A stretch of 64,000 nucleotides of DNA from Candidatus Poribacteria bacterium (GCA_965198235.1 OZ240248.1:2624001-2688000), one strand, 5' to 3'; counted from the first letter of the stretch, positions 39,504 to 49,119 are shown. Translations and numbers: made by a program. The notes: a model not told the origin generated them from the sequence alone.

Positions 39504-41000
39504 ATGAAAACGTTATTCATTGATGACCATATTGTTGAGGAAATCGACAATCTTGCTCGGAAACTACACCCACTGCAAAAGTTCGACAAAAACGTCGTGC
39601 TTCGGGCTGAACATCGCTGGGAGAACTGCGGCATTATGATGTGGACAACCCCCGCCTGGGTTCCGGATGAAGCGGTTTTCAAGACGCTCTATTACGCCAG
39701 TTCAGAGTCAGACAGTCCAGAGGTCAAGCTCGACGTGACCGGTGCGCCGGTTGGTGGGAAAAGTTTTATCTGCTATGCAACCTCGGAAGACGGTGTGAAC
39801 TGGGAGAAGCCGTCTTTGGGGCTTCACGATTATGATGCCCTCACATGGCGGGGAACTGCGATTGGCACAGAGAACAATATCTTACCTACAGGCGTGCCGC
39901 TGGCACCGATCTACGACCCTCATGACCCTGATGAACAGCGTCGCTACAAAGGAATGGGATGGGGAAAAGGTGGCGGGCTGACACCAGCGATCTCCCCAGA
40001 TTGTCTTCACTGGACATATCTTGATGTGCCATCTGTTCCAAGCTCGGACGAGGCACACTTCGGTTATGACGAGGAGAGTGGTCTGTTTATCGCGACCGTC
40101 AAGCATAGTGGACCCGATGGCAGATCACCTTACGGACGCAGTTTCTGTTTGAGTACCAGTGAGGACTTTGAAAACTGGAATGGGTTGGAACTCATTTTTC
40201 ACGCCGACCAGATTGATCAGGAGAACGGGGAGGAACGGATACGAAAATTCATTGAGGATCCCGATTATCTTACCCCGATATATAACCGTCCTGAGGAATG
40301 GCGCACCGACGTTTACAATTTTCCCGTATTTCGCTATGAAGGGTTGTATCTGGGGCTACCTGTGATGCATCACTGGACGGGGAAACATCCACCGCTGTAC
40401 GAAAACGTGGACAGTCGCAAGTCGGTGGAACTGGCTTCAAGTCGAGATCTACGGCAGTGGGAGCGGGTCGCGAACCGCACGCCATTTATCGAGTTATCAC
40501 CTATAGGGGATGGCAGTGCTTACGATACAGGACAGATCTCGGTCGTCAACGGACCCATCAGACGCAACAATGAATTGTGGTTCTACTATCTCGGAGTTCG
40601 GCACCGCAGCCAGCCGCTGGTGGACGTGATGAACAGGAAATTCCTCGATACTCTCGCCATGTCACTCGCAAAACTCCGCGTTGACGGTTTTGTGTCGCTC
40701 AAAGGTGGGGTTGAATGGGGCTCAGTGCTGACCAAACCGCTTGTTGTGAAAGGCGGCGAACTGCGCGTTAATGTGGACGCTTGGCGCGGTCGGGTTAAGG
40801 TAGAGGTTCTCAATGCCGATAATGGACAGCCTCTCCCAGGGTACACCTTCGACGAAAGTATCCCGGCGATGGTTGATAGTATTGACGAACCGGTGCGTTG
40901 GAAGGAAAAGGCTGACCTCGCTGAACTTCGCGGCAGAACCGTGAGCCTTCGCTTTTCTATACTCGAGGCAGAAATTTATGCCTTCTGGTTCACCGACTGA
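39504..41000 (+). CDS. Putative five-bladed beta-propeller glycosidase-like protein
   Basis: ATSEDGVNWEKP, SPDCLHW and SRDLRQW boxes, LRVDGFVS; paralog of 46405-47796. Confidence 0.65.
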   Translation: MKTLFIDDHIVEEIDNLARKLHPLQKFDKNVVLRAEHRWENCGIMMWTTPAWVPDEAVFKTLYYASSESDSPEVKLDVTGAPVGGKSFICYATSEDGVNWEKPSLGLHDYDALTWRGTAIGTENNILPTGVPLAPIYDPHDPDEQRRYKGMGWGKGGGLTPAISPDCLHWTYLDVPSVPSSDEAHFGYDEESGLFIATVKHSGPDGRSPYGRSFCLSTSEDFENWNGLELIFHADQIDQENGEERIRKFIEDPDYLTPIYNRPEEWRTDVYNFPVFRYEGLYLGLPVMHHWTGKHPPLYENVDSRKSVELASSRDLRQWERVANRTPFIELSPIGDGSAYDTGQISVVNGPIRRNNELWFYYLGVRHRSQPLVDVMNRKFLDTLAMSLAKLRVDGFVSLKGGVEWGSVLTKPLVVKGGELRVNVDAWRGRVKVEVLNADNGQPLPGYTFDESIPAMVDSIDEPVRWKEKADLAELRGRTVSLRFSILEAEIYAFWFTD

Positions 41001-41045
41001 ATAACACAATCAAGGTATCGCGCAACCGGTTGTAGCGCAAACTGT

Positions 41046-41169
41046 ATGAAGTTTAAGTATTTAAATCGGTAATCTGTCAGGTGCCTCTTTCTGTAGGAGC
41101 GAGCTCTGCTCGCGATCTTTGCTTCGTGGACAAAATATGTAATTACCGAATTAATTTTTTAATCTTCAT
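41046..41169. mobile_element. MITE family D (28-bp imperfect TIR) inserted in a GTAG-REP loop and carrying another GTAG-REP
   Basis: atgaagtttaagtatttaaatcggtaat ... attaccgaattaattttttaatcttcat splits gtagcgcaaactg / tagtttgcgc; cargo is gtaggagcgagctctgctcgcga. Confidence 0.72.
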
Positions 41170-41233
41170 TTAGTTTGCGCAGGACATCACACAAACAAAC
41201 AGTTTGTGCTACTGCATAAGGAACAACAAAACC

Positions 41234-42754
41234 ATGAACACAACCATCCAGAAAACAGAAGCACTCATCCATTCCACACGCGTGCTTGATGCGATGTATA
41301 CGGACGATCCTTATCGACCCTGCTATCACTTCACCCCGCCGTTCGGTTGGATGAACGATGTCAACGGTTCGATCTTTTGGAAGGGACGGTACCATATCTT
41401 CTATCAGCACAACCCTGAAGGTGGCTATTGGAAATGGATGCAATGGGGACACGCATCGAGTGTCGATCTGGTGCATTGGGTGCATCACCCGATTGCCTTA
41501 ACGCCCGACCTCGATGGACCAGACCGTAACGGCTGCTTTAGCGGCGGTGCTCTCGTGAGTCGAGAGGGCATCCCAACGTTCATCTATCATGGCGTTCCAG
41601 ACGGAACGTGTATCGCAACGAGTGATGATGATTTGCTCATCACGTGGGACAAGCATCCAGCCAATCCGGTAATTCCTGTACCCGCACCCGGTGAGAAAGG
41701 ACACGGCGAATATATTGTGTTTGACCCGTGTGCTTGGGTGGAGGACGATACGTATTACGCGCTCATCGGGAATACGATACCCGGACAGAGTGGGGACGGG
41801 ACTGCGCTGTTTAAGTCGTCTAATCTTGTGGAGTGGGAATTTGTGCGCTCCTTTTATCAATCGCGGCGCGAGTGGACAGACGCGAAAGAAGACTGTGCCG
41901 TCCCCGATTTTTATCCGTTGGGCGATAAACACATGCTACTGTTTTGTAGCCATTGGCAAGGCACACAGTATTACCTCGGCAGATTTGAAAACGAGCGGTA
42001 TTATGTCGAAAACTACGGACGGATGAGTTGGGAGGGTGGGCTGCTCGGTGGAGCCCGCTCGCTGTTAGACGCGCAAGGACGTCGTATCTTTTTCGATTGG
42101 ATTCGCGAAATTCGCGGCGTTGAACAGGAGCGTGCCTCCGGTTGGTCAGGGGTGATGACACTGCCGCGTATCCTTTCCGTCGCAACCGACGGTAGTCTAC
42201 AGATTGAGCCAGTGCCGGAGTTGGAATGCCTGCGGATGAACCCGAAAGTACGTGAAAATATCACGCTAAACGCTGATACGTTGAACTTAGAAGAGATCCA
42301 AGGGAACTGCCTTGAATTGGCTGTCGAAATTGAACTCGGCGATGCAACTGAGGTCGGCGTTCAAGTGCTCTGCTCGCCCGATCAAGCTGAACAAACCGGG
42401 ATTCTGTCCGTTCCAGCAGAGAGAACGTTGAAAATCGAGGTCAGTCGTTCCACCTTGAACGAAGCCATCCGGTATCCACACTACCGGGACGCCGGTGGCA
42501 CTGCGAGATTGCCGGAGTCGGAGCAGTTTGTTGACGCGCAGTGTGCACCGTTCATGTTGAAGGACAACGAAACACTTCAACTCCGCATCTATGTTGATAA
42601 ATCTGTAGTTGAAGTATTCGCTAACGGTAGGCAGTGCATTACACAGCGGGTCTATCCGACGCGAGCCGATAGCACCGGTGTGAGATTGGTGAGTCGTGGT
42701 GGACAAGCACGTTTCCGATCCGTTCAGGCGTGGGAGATGGCACCCGCAATTTGA
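41234..42754 (+). CDS. Glycoside hydrolase family 32 (beta-fructofuranosidase-like)
   Basis: WMNDVNG, YQHNP, WGHASSVDLVHW, CFSG, FDP, DCAVPD, DKSVVEVF. Confidence 0.9.
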   Translation: MNTTIQKTEALIHSTRVLDAMYTDDPYRPCYHFTPPFGWMNDVNGSIFWKGRYHIFYQHNPEGGYWKWMQWGHASSVDLVHWVHHPIALTPDLDGPDRNGCFSGGALVSREGIPTFIYHGVPDGTCIATSDDDLLITWDKHPANPVIPVPAPGEKGHGEYIVFDPCAWVEDDTYYALIGNTIPGQSGDGTALFKSSNLVEWEFVRSFYQSRREWTDAKEDCAVPDFYPLGDKHMLLFCSHWQGTQYYLGRFENERYYVENYGRMSWEGGLLGGARSLLDAQGRRIFFDWIREIRGVEQERASGWSGVMTLPRILSVATDGSLQIEPVPELECLRMNPKVRENITLNADTLNLEEIQGNCLELAVEIELGDATEVGVQVLCSPDQAEQTGILSVPAERTLKIEVSRSTLNEAIRYPHYRDAGGTARLPESEQFVDAQCAPFMLKDNETLQLRIYVDKSVVEVFANGRQCITQRVYPTRADSTGVRLVSRGGQARFRSVQAWEMAPAI

Positions 42755-42762
42755 GAGAAAAT

Positions 42763-42791
42763 TTGACTTTTGTATTGAAATAACGTATACT
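42763..42791 (+). promoter_or_regulatory. Sigma70-type promoter
   Basis: TTGACT-17 nt-TATACT. Confidence 0.65.
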
Positions 42792-42907
42792 CCTCCTATG
42801 AATGTGAGTTCGATTTAAGGATTTAGAGGAACCCGACGCGATACATCATGTCTATCACAGATTTGGTGACATGTATCTCCGGCAAGCCGAAGAAAGTCGT
42901 GCGATGG

Positions 42908-43031
42908 CATACCGCTCCGCTGGAGCGGAAGCGTCGAGTCGGCTCGCTGCTATAGATATATTGCTCCTCTGGAGCAAAGGTACGCCTTTTAGATATGATG
43001 TTGGGTTTCAGATGTGCTCAACCCAACCTAC
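42908..43031 (-). repeat. CTCCAGCGGAG hairpin doublet (minus strand) plus a GTAG-REP
   Basis: ccgctccgctggagcgg at 42912, ctatagatatattgctcctctggagcaa ending at 42977; tgttgggtttc...tcaacccaacctac at 42999-43031. Confidence 0.72.
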
Positions 43032-43117
43032 GTCTATAAGTGCATTTTTATTATCGAACTCACGTTATGAGATTCGTTGAATTAAAGCGTCAAATGTCAG
43101 CTTGTGAGGTAAACATC

Positions 43118-43927
43118 ATGATTTATGAGATTCCGAAAACAGTCTTAGGTCGCACAGGGTTGACGGTTACCCGACTCGGTATCGGTGGTGCGTATTGCGA
43201 ATCCGTTGACGGTTACCGCAAAGCAATTGATGCCGGTATTAATTATATTGATACAGCGCGGGCATACAGAGATGGTGAGGACGAAAAAGTCATCGGAACC
43301 GCCATAAAAGGGCAACGCGATGCGCTGATTCTTGCGACGAAAACCGCTAAGCGCGATGCAAAAAGCGCACGGACAGAACTTGAAACATCGTTACAGATGC
43401 TTGGCGTTGATTACATTGATGTCTATCAACTCCATCATCTGAACACAGAAGAGGAACGAGACCAAGCCTTGGCACCCGGCGGAGCATTGGAGATGGCTCA
43501 GGGGGCACGAGATGAAGGACTCATCCGCTTCATCGGCGTTACCGGACACGATTGGATCGAGATACAACACGCCGTTGACACGGGATTTTTCGACACCGTT
43601 CTCTGTTGGTATAACTGTGCGATGAAAACGCCCGAAGACACCATTTTCCCTGCTGCCGACAAACACAATACGGGTGTCGTCATTATGAATGCCTCTCGGA
43701 ATGATAGACTATTTGGAGACGCAGACGCGCCATCTCCAGAACAATTCTACCGCTATGTGCTCAGTCATAAAAGTGTAGACCTCACGATTATGGGATTGAG
43801 AGACATTGAACGATTCCATCGGGTTGCAGAAGCACTTTCCGAGCAAGAGACCTTAGCCTCGGAGGCGCGAATAGATATGGAAAAATATGGGGCGCAGCGG
43901 CTCGAAGAAGGGGCACTGACCCCTTAA
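43118..43927 (+). CDS. Aldo/keto reductase
   Basis: LGRTGL, YIDTARAY, LATK, DYIDVYQLH, IRFIGVTGH. Confidence 0.88.
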   Translation: MIYEIPKTVLGRTGLTVTRLGIGGAYCESVDGYRKAIDAGINYIDTARAYRDGEDEKVIGTAIKGQRDALILATKTAKRDAKSARTELETSLQMLGVDYIDVYQLHHLNTEEERDQALAPGGALEMAQGARDEGLIRFIGVTGHDWIEIQHAVDTGFFDTVLCWYNCAMKTPEDTIFPAADKHNTGVVIMNASRNDRLFGDADAPSPEQFYRYVLSHKSVDLTIMGLRDIERFHRVAEALSEQETLASEARIDMEKYGAQRLEEGALTP

Positions 43928-43939
43928 CGCCGATACTGA

Positions 43940-44061
43940 TAGGACTTACGCAGTTCACCCGTTTTCGTGCGGTCTTTCGTTCGTAGTAGCGCAATTCATT
44001 GCGCGTTCTTCGGTGATATCCGCTCAATGTCGGCATCGACTCCAAATTTGCGTAAGTCCTA
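43940..44061. mobile_element. MITE family A copy 2, 5-bp TSD ACTGA
   Basis: taggacttacgca ... tgcgtaagtccta (perfect 13-bp TIR) flanked by actga (43935-43939, 44062-44066); cargo is gtagtagcgcaattcattgcgc. Confidence 0.85.
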
Positions 44062-44110
44062 ACTGAAATGAGTGAACGAGTGAATTTGCTAACAAACGAA
44101 TGGAATTTCA

Positions 44111-45385
44111 ATGGATAAAAGCGCATCAGATCAGACAAACGCCCGTTCGGAAGAATCCTATCCGTCCGAAAAACGCAATTTAATTGTATTCGCTCTAAAC
44201 CAGATTCTGATGCGTCTCGGTTGGATGTTCAAAGCCGAGTCTGTGGTCATTCCAGCGTTTATTGACATCTATACTTCGTCTGGAACCATCCGCGGATTGC
44301 TCCCGCTCATTCTGCGAATCGGGCAGAGCCTACCCCAGTTTCTCGTCGCGCAGCGTGTCGCGCAGATGCCCAAAAAACAGGGATTCTTTATTCTCACAGG
44401 ATTCGGTTTTGCCATCCCTTGGTGCGTGTTGTCCCTGATATTGAGTTTAACACACTGGTCAGCAAATGTTATCGTTGCTATTTTTCTTGTGCTGTGTACC
44501 TTGCACTGGCTCATAGTCGGTTGCAATCATCTGGCTAACGGAACGTTACAAGGAAAACTCATTAGTCCCGAAAAACGGGGCAGACTCCTCGCCTATTCCA
44601 ATGTCATCGGTTGTTCACTTTCGATCGGACTCGCCGTTTACCTCATGCCGCGCTGGCTTTCTGACAGCAACCCGCGTTATGCGGTGATTTTCGCTGTAAC
44701 GGCTGGTGCCTTCGGTATCGCCGCTTTAATTAGTTTTTGGTTTAAAGAACTCCCTTCACAACCAGAAGGCACGGCACCTTTTTTTAAATTTCTCGGTGAT
44801 GCACTCCTCTTGTTGAGACATGATAGAAATTTTCGACGATTTGCGATCGTTATCCTGCTGTTTTACTCGATTTGGCCCCTTTTTCCACACTATGCGGTTT
44901 TCGGAAAGCGGACATTAGGGCTCGCCTCTTCTGGTTTCGTCACGTTAATAGTTGCCCAAAATGCCTCTAATGCTGTCGGTGCCGGTGTCATGGGCAACAT
45001 CGCAGACCGCTCAGGAAACCGATTTGTGCTGCGTTTTCTGATATTAATCAGTGCGTTTACGCCATTACTGGCGGTCGGCATCAGTCGAATGCCGTCCGGT
45101 GCGCAGTTGTACTGGATTATCTTTGCCCTTATCGGATTTACACCCGTGTCTGCCCGCATCGTCACAAACTACACCCTTGAAATCGCACCACAGGAGAAAC
45201 ACCCTCAATATCTCGGCGTGATGAGCCTTTTTCAGGCGATCCCCTTGTTTGTTTCACCCTTGACTGGTGCGTTAATCGAGGAATTCGCCTTTGAACCGGT
45301 TTTCATCACTTGTTCGGCACTCGTTTCACTTGGATTCTTGCTAACCTTCCGATTGGCTGAACCCCGATTTAACCAAAAGTCCTGA
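44111..45385 (+). CDS. MFS transporter
   Basis: About 12 hydrophobic segments, GNIADRSG loop motif, PEKRGR. Confidence 0.82.
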   Translation: MDKSASDQTNARSEESYPSEKRNLIVFALNQILMRLGWMFKAESVVIPAFIDIYTSSGTIRGLLPLILRIGQSLPQFLVAQRVAQMPKKQGFFILTGFGFAIPWCVLSLILSLTHWSANVIVAIFLVLCTLHWLIVGCNHLANGTLQGKLISPEKRGRLLAYSNVIGCSLSIGLAVYLMPRWLSDSNPRYAVIFAVTAGAFGIAALISFWFKELPSQPEGTAPFFKFLGDALLLLRHDRNFRRFAIVILLFYSIWPLFPHYAVFGKRTLGLASSGFVTLIVAQNASNAVGAGVMGNIADRSGNRFVLRFLILISAFTPLLAVGISRMPSGAQLYWIIFALIGFTPVSARIVTNYTLEIAPQEKHPQYLGVMSLFQAIPLFVSPLTGALIEEFAFEPVFITCSALVSLGFLLTFRLAEPRFNQKS

Positions 45386-45472
45386 GAATCGGTATGCTAT
45401 CACGTTTTTAAGGGTGAATATAGGTTGCCCTCGTATACACAGTCAATAAGTTAGCACAGGAGGAACGCCACC

Positions 45473-46336
45473 ATGGCGGAGAAAATGTCGTGCCCATTTT
45501 GTGGTACTCAGGTCGAATACGCTATCGAAAATTCTCCTGATTGGTATCGCGATCCTTCCCTACCCGTCTACCGAATCGATTGTCATGATAAATGTAGGCA
45601 GTATTGGCTTGAAGGAATTTCTGACCCGCACCCACAGATTGATCCCGCTATCCTTACCTTCCTGGATTCACTCGATGATGAACAACGAACATTTATATCC
45701 GAATCAACGCAACACGCTTGTGACAATGGTATTTTGATAGTTTATAACAGAAGTGCGTTAGGATACCTTACCACCGATTGGCATTATGCAAAAGCGGCTG
45801 TTATGTCGTTCGGATTCAATGACGTTTCATTCCGAATCAGTGGTGTGGGATTTGATATTGCTAATATGTTGTTTTTCGTGCACACTGAGGACGCTCGGTT
45901 CACACTCAGACTCCATCGAGTCGGAACTTCTGTCCATAAAATTCGGTCTGAAATTTATTGGTTAAAGGCACTTTGGAACGAGGGACGAATCAAGACCCTC
46001 TCGCCTGTGCTTGGACGTGATGGGAAAATGATTCAATGTGTCTCCCCAAACGACCTACCCTCGCGCTATGCGACTGTATATGATTGGATTCCTGGCGAGA
46101 CGCTTAACACACTCCCTGCAGCAAAGAAAACACCAGAACTGATTCGGAGTCTCGGTATCATAGTGGGTCGCATGCACTATGTATCAGAAACCTTAGAGCT
46201 CCCGCAATGGTTTACCCGTCCGCGATACGACATAGACTGGGTTACCCCCCAGGTTGAAAAGGCACTTGGAAATGATGAAATGGACTCTTCGGCGGAGGAG
46301 CTTGCAAAACTATCCTCTGGAATACGTCCCTCTTGA
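45473..46336 (+). pseudogene. Truncated APH/type II homoserine kinase-like phosphotransferase with N-terminal Cys-rich domain
   Basis: FTLRLHR, SEIYWL, YDWIPGE and GRMH are present, but the ORF stops before any HxD catalytic motif; N-terminus has CPFC...CHDKC. Confidence 0.6.
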
Positions 46337-46404
46337 TTGACCTACCTTCACATCTGTGATAACATGTCTGCACGAAAGATACGGAGTGTCTAAGGAGTCT
46401 CCAC

Positions 46405-47796
46405 ATGGAACATCGCTATCTTTTCCTCGACCTGCATCACATCACTCGAATCGAACGATTGTATCGCCGAATACACCAACCCCAACGGCATCCTAATAAC
46501 CCGGTATTGCGCGGTGAGAATCCGTGGGAGAGTGTCGCATCCCTCTACGGCACAGTCCTCTATGACCCAGAGAATTCACTCTTCAAAATGTGGTATCTCA
46601 CAGGACCTTACGTTGATGGAATGGTGCAAATCCGTCAACGGAACGCGCTCGGCAATGTGACACTCCTCGGCTATGCTACCTCAACCGATGGCGTACACTG
46701 GGAGAAACCCATCCTAAACCAAGTCGACTTTGAAGGAAGCACCGCCAATAATCTTATTGATGTCGGACGCACAAACTGCGAAGGCATGGCTGTCATCTAC
46801 GATGAGCACGAAACGGACCCTACCCATCGTTACAAAGGCTTTTATTGGGAACACGGTGGGATCGACACCTTCATTCAGCACGAAGGACGGACGATCTGGG
46901 GACGTGGGGAGGGAGACGGCATGTGGATGTCTTTTTCTCCAGACGGTGTTCACTGGAAAAACTGCGAAACCAATCCCGTCATTCCGCTTGATAGCGACAC
47001 GACTCAATCCTTAGTGTGGGACCCGAAAATACAGAAATACGTTGTCTTTGGGCGATTCGGGGCAGGTGGACGCAAAACCGCTCGCGCCGAGAGTCCCGAC
47101 GCGATCCACTTCAGCGGACCGAAACGCGTGTTTGAATGCGATGAGGTTGATGAGGAAGGCACCCAAATTTACGGCATGCCAATCAACATCTACGAAGGTA
47201 TCTATCTCGGTATGATCTGGGTCTATCGCGAAGGCGTTGATGGCACGATTGACACATCGCTCGCGATGAGCCGTGATGGTATCAACTGGCAACGCGTCCT
47301 GGATCGTCAAACATTCCTATCGCTCGGGCAGGCGGGCAGTTGGGAAGACGGGATGGTGAGAATCACCCAGAATTTTGTCACACATGACGATCAAATCTAT
47401 TTCTATTACGGTGGCGTGAACGGACCGCACACCGGCAGGAAATTCAAGCAGGTCGAACGTAAGCACACATCCATGCTCGGCTTGGCGACATTACGGCGTG
47501 ACGGATTCGTCTCACTTGATGCAGATGAAACCGAAGGGTACATGCTGACGAAACCGATAACGCTCAATGGTGGGGAATTACTCCTCAATGTTGATGCGAG
47601 TCAAGGTTATGTTATCGTTTCGGTCACGGATGATACAGGGGCACCTCTGGAAAATTATACCTCTCAGCGGATTGTCGGAGATCAATTGGATGCAGAAATT
47701 AAATTTAACCGTTCGCTGGAAGCACTTAAAGGAAAAGAGCTCCGACTCCAATTTCAAATCAGAAACGCGAGTCTGTATTCCTACTGGTTCGTTTAA
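46405..47796 (+). CDS. Putative five-bladed beta-propeller glycosidase-like protein
   Basis: YATSTDGVHWEKP, SPDGVHW, SRDGINW, LRRDGFVS. Confidence 0.68.
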   Translation: MEHRYLFLDLHHITRIERLYRRIHQPQRHPNNPVLRGENPWESVASLYGTVLYDPENSLFKMWYLTGPYVDGMVQIRQRNALGNVTLLGYATSTDGVHWEKPILNQVDFEGSTANNLIDVGRTNCEGMAVIYDEHETDPTHRYKGFYWEHGGIDTFIQHEGRTIWGRGEGDGMWMSFSPDGVHWKNCETNPVIPLDSDTTQSLVWDPKIQKYVVFGRFGAGGRKTARAESPDAIHFSGPKRVFECDEVDEEGTQIYGMPINIYEGIYLGMIWVYREGVDGTIDTSLAMSRDGINWQRVLDRQTFLSLGQAGSWEDGMVRITQNFVTHDDQIYFYYGGVNGPHTGRKFKQVERKHTSMLGLATLRRDGFVSLDADETEGYMLTKPITLNGGELLLNVDASQGYVIVSVTDDTGAPLENYTSQRIVGDQLDAEIKFNRSLEALKGKELRLQFQIRNASLYSYWFV

Positions 47797-47850
47797 GCAC
47801 AACGAATTTTACTATAAACGTGAGTTCCATAATAATATCCAAGTGTGGAC

Positions 47851-48101
47851 GTAGGTGTTTTTGCTTGGGTGTTTCCCCCAGGTTGAGCCATAAAAGACCC
47901 AGACTGTCTCGTTTATATGGAGGATTCGCTTCTCATGGTCTATTGGGGCAAGGAGATGGAGCGAAACCCAACAATTTAAACGTTGTAAGTGTAATAATGT
48001 GTTGGGTTCGCTCGTATTCTGGTGATTTTAGGTTTCTTGATGAATTTGAGCGTTATCTGTTCTGTGCGATTTCCAATAAATTCCCGTTCAACCCAACCTA
48101 C
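47851..48101. repeat. REPIN-like element (same family as 28166-28417) with left arm interrupted by the G/T micro-element
   Basis: gtaggt[gtttttgcttgggtgtttccccca]ggttgagc ... gcgaaacccaaca / tgttgggttcgc ... ccgttcaacccaacctac. Confidence 0.78.
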
Positions 48102-48139
48102 GCACTTAAGTCGAACTTAGGTTATGCAAGGAGGAAAAG

Positions 48140-48559
48140 ATGAAACATATTTATCACAAAGAGGATGCCGAAGTCCTACGTATTGAAGGCGAGGCTCCAC
48201 GGACATTGTACACCCTCGTCGAACCGAATACCGTTGGCACTGAACACTTTGCCATGGGATTGGAAGAGGTTGATCCTAATAGCGAGATTCCTATCCATTT
48301 CCACAACGAAGCCGAAGAGATCATTTTTGTCTATGGTGGGCAAGGGAAAGGATTCGTCGGTGATGAAGTCGCCGATTTGAGGCCCGGCACGGTTATCTAT
48401 ATTCCACCCAACGTGGAACACCGCTTTGTCAATACAGGAGATGAATCGCTCTGGATTACATGGACGCTCTCACCGCCCGGTTTTGAGAAACAGATTCGAC
48501 AGATCGCAGACGGTTCCGCTGGAATGGAAGTCTTTAGCGAATCTAAAGACGGTTCCTAA
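48140..48559 (+). CDS. Cupin domain protein
   Basis: PIHFHNEAEEI, PPNVEHRFVN. Confidence 0.88.
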   Translation: MKHIYHKEDAEVLRIEGEAPRTLYTLVEPNTVGTEHFAMGLEEVDPNSEIPIHFHNEAEEIIFVYGGQGKGFVGDEVADLRPGTVIYIPPNVEHRFVNTGDESLWITWTLSPPGFEKQIRQIADGSAGMEVFSESKDGS

Positions 48560-48595
48560 ATTATGTAGGACTTACAAGAGGTTTCAACGATACTT

Positions 48596-48982
48596 ATGAA
48601 TGTTTATGTCAGTTTGGTAACTGGTATCGTGTACGTGGAATTTGCGGTACTTATGGGATTCTTGGTGTTTTTCTACTTCCGAACGCGGTCAAAGGGTTTG
48701 ATACTGGTCACCGCGGGACTGGCACTCATGCAAGTCAACGTTCTCACCTGGATTGCCGCTGCTGTTTGCAACGTATTTAATATAGGGCAATGGGAGCCGG
48801 GTATAGATGTAAGGGGCGTGAAATTGTTCCAAAGATTGGACATCGCCATAGTAACCACTGGTATAGAAGCCATGTTATGCTACGGTTTATGTCTACTCGG
48901 TGCATTTCTCATTTACAAAGAGTGGCGACAGGCAAAGTTTCGCCAACCCGAACCTGAACCCATAGAAGAACCCACGTCATAA
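48596..48982 (+). CDS. Hypothetical membrane protein
   Basis: 128 aa with three hydrophobic segments. Confidence 0.55.
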   Translation: MNVYVSLVTGIVYVEFAVLMGFLVFFYFRTRSKGLILVTAGLALMQVNVLTWIAAAVCNVFNIGQWEPGIDVRGVKLFQRLDIAIVTTGIEAMLCYGLCLLGAFLIYKEWRQAKFRQPEPEPIEEPTS

Positions 48983-49089
48983 CGAAATCAATTAAGGCCA
49001 TTTTTATGTCCGACCACCGTAGGCGAGGTTTGTAACCTCGTCCTTCTGTTGGTGTATAGGTAATGTAGAGCTTACTATAATGAATTCTT

Positions 49090-49119
49090 TTGACAGATTC
49101 TGATTGGATATGTTACCAT
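49090..49119 (+). promoter_or_regulatory. Possible sigma70 promoter
   Basis: TTGACA-18 nt-TACCAT with a TG extension, upstream of 49195. Confidence 0.45.
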
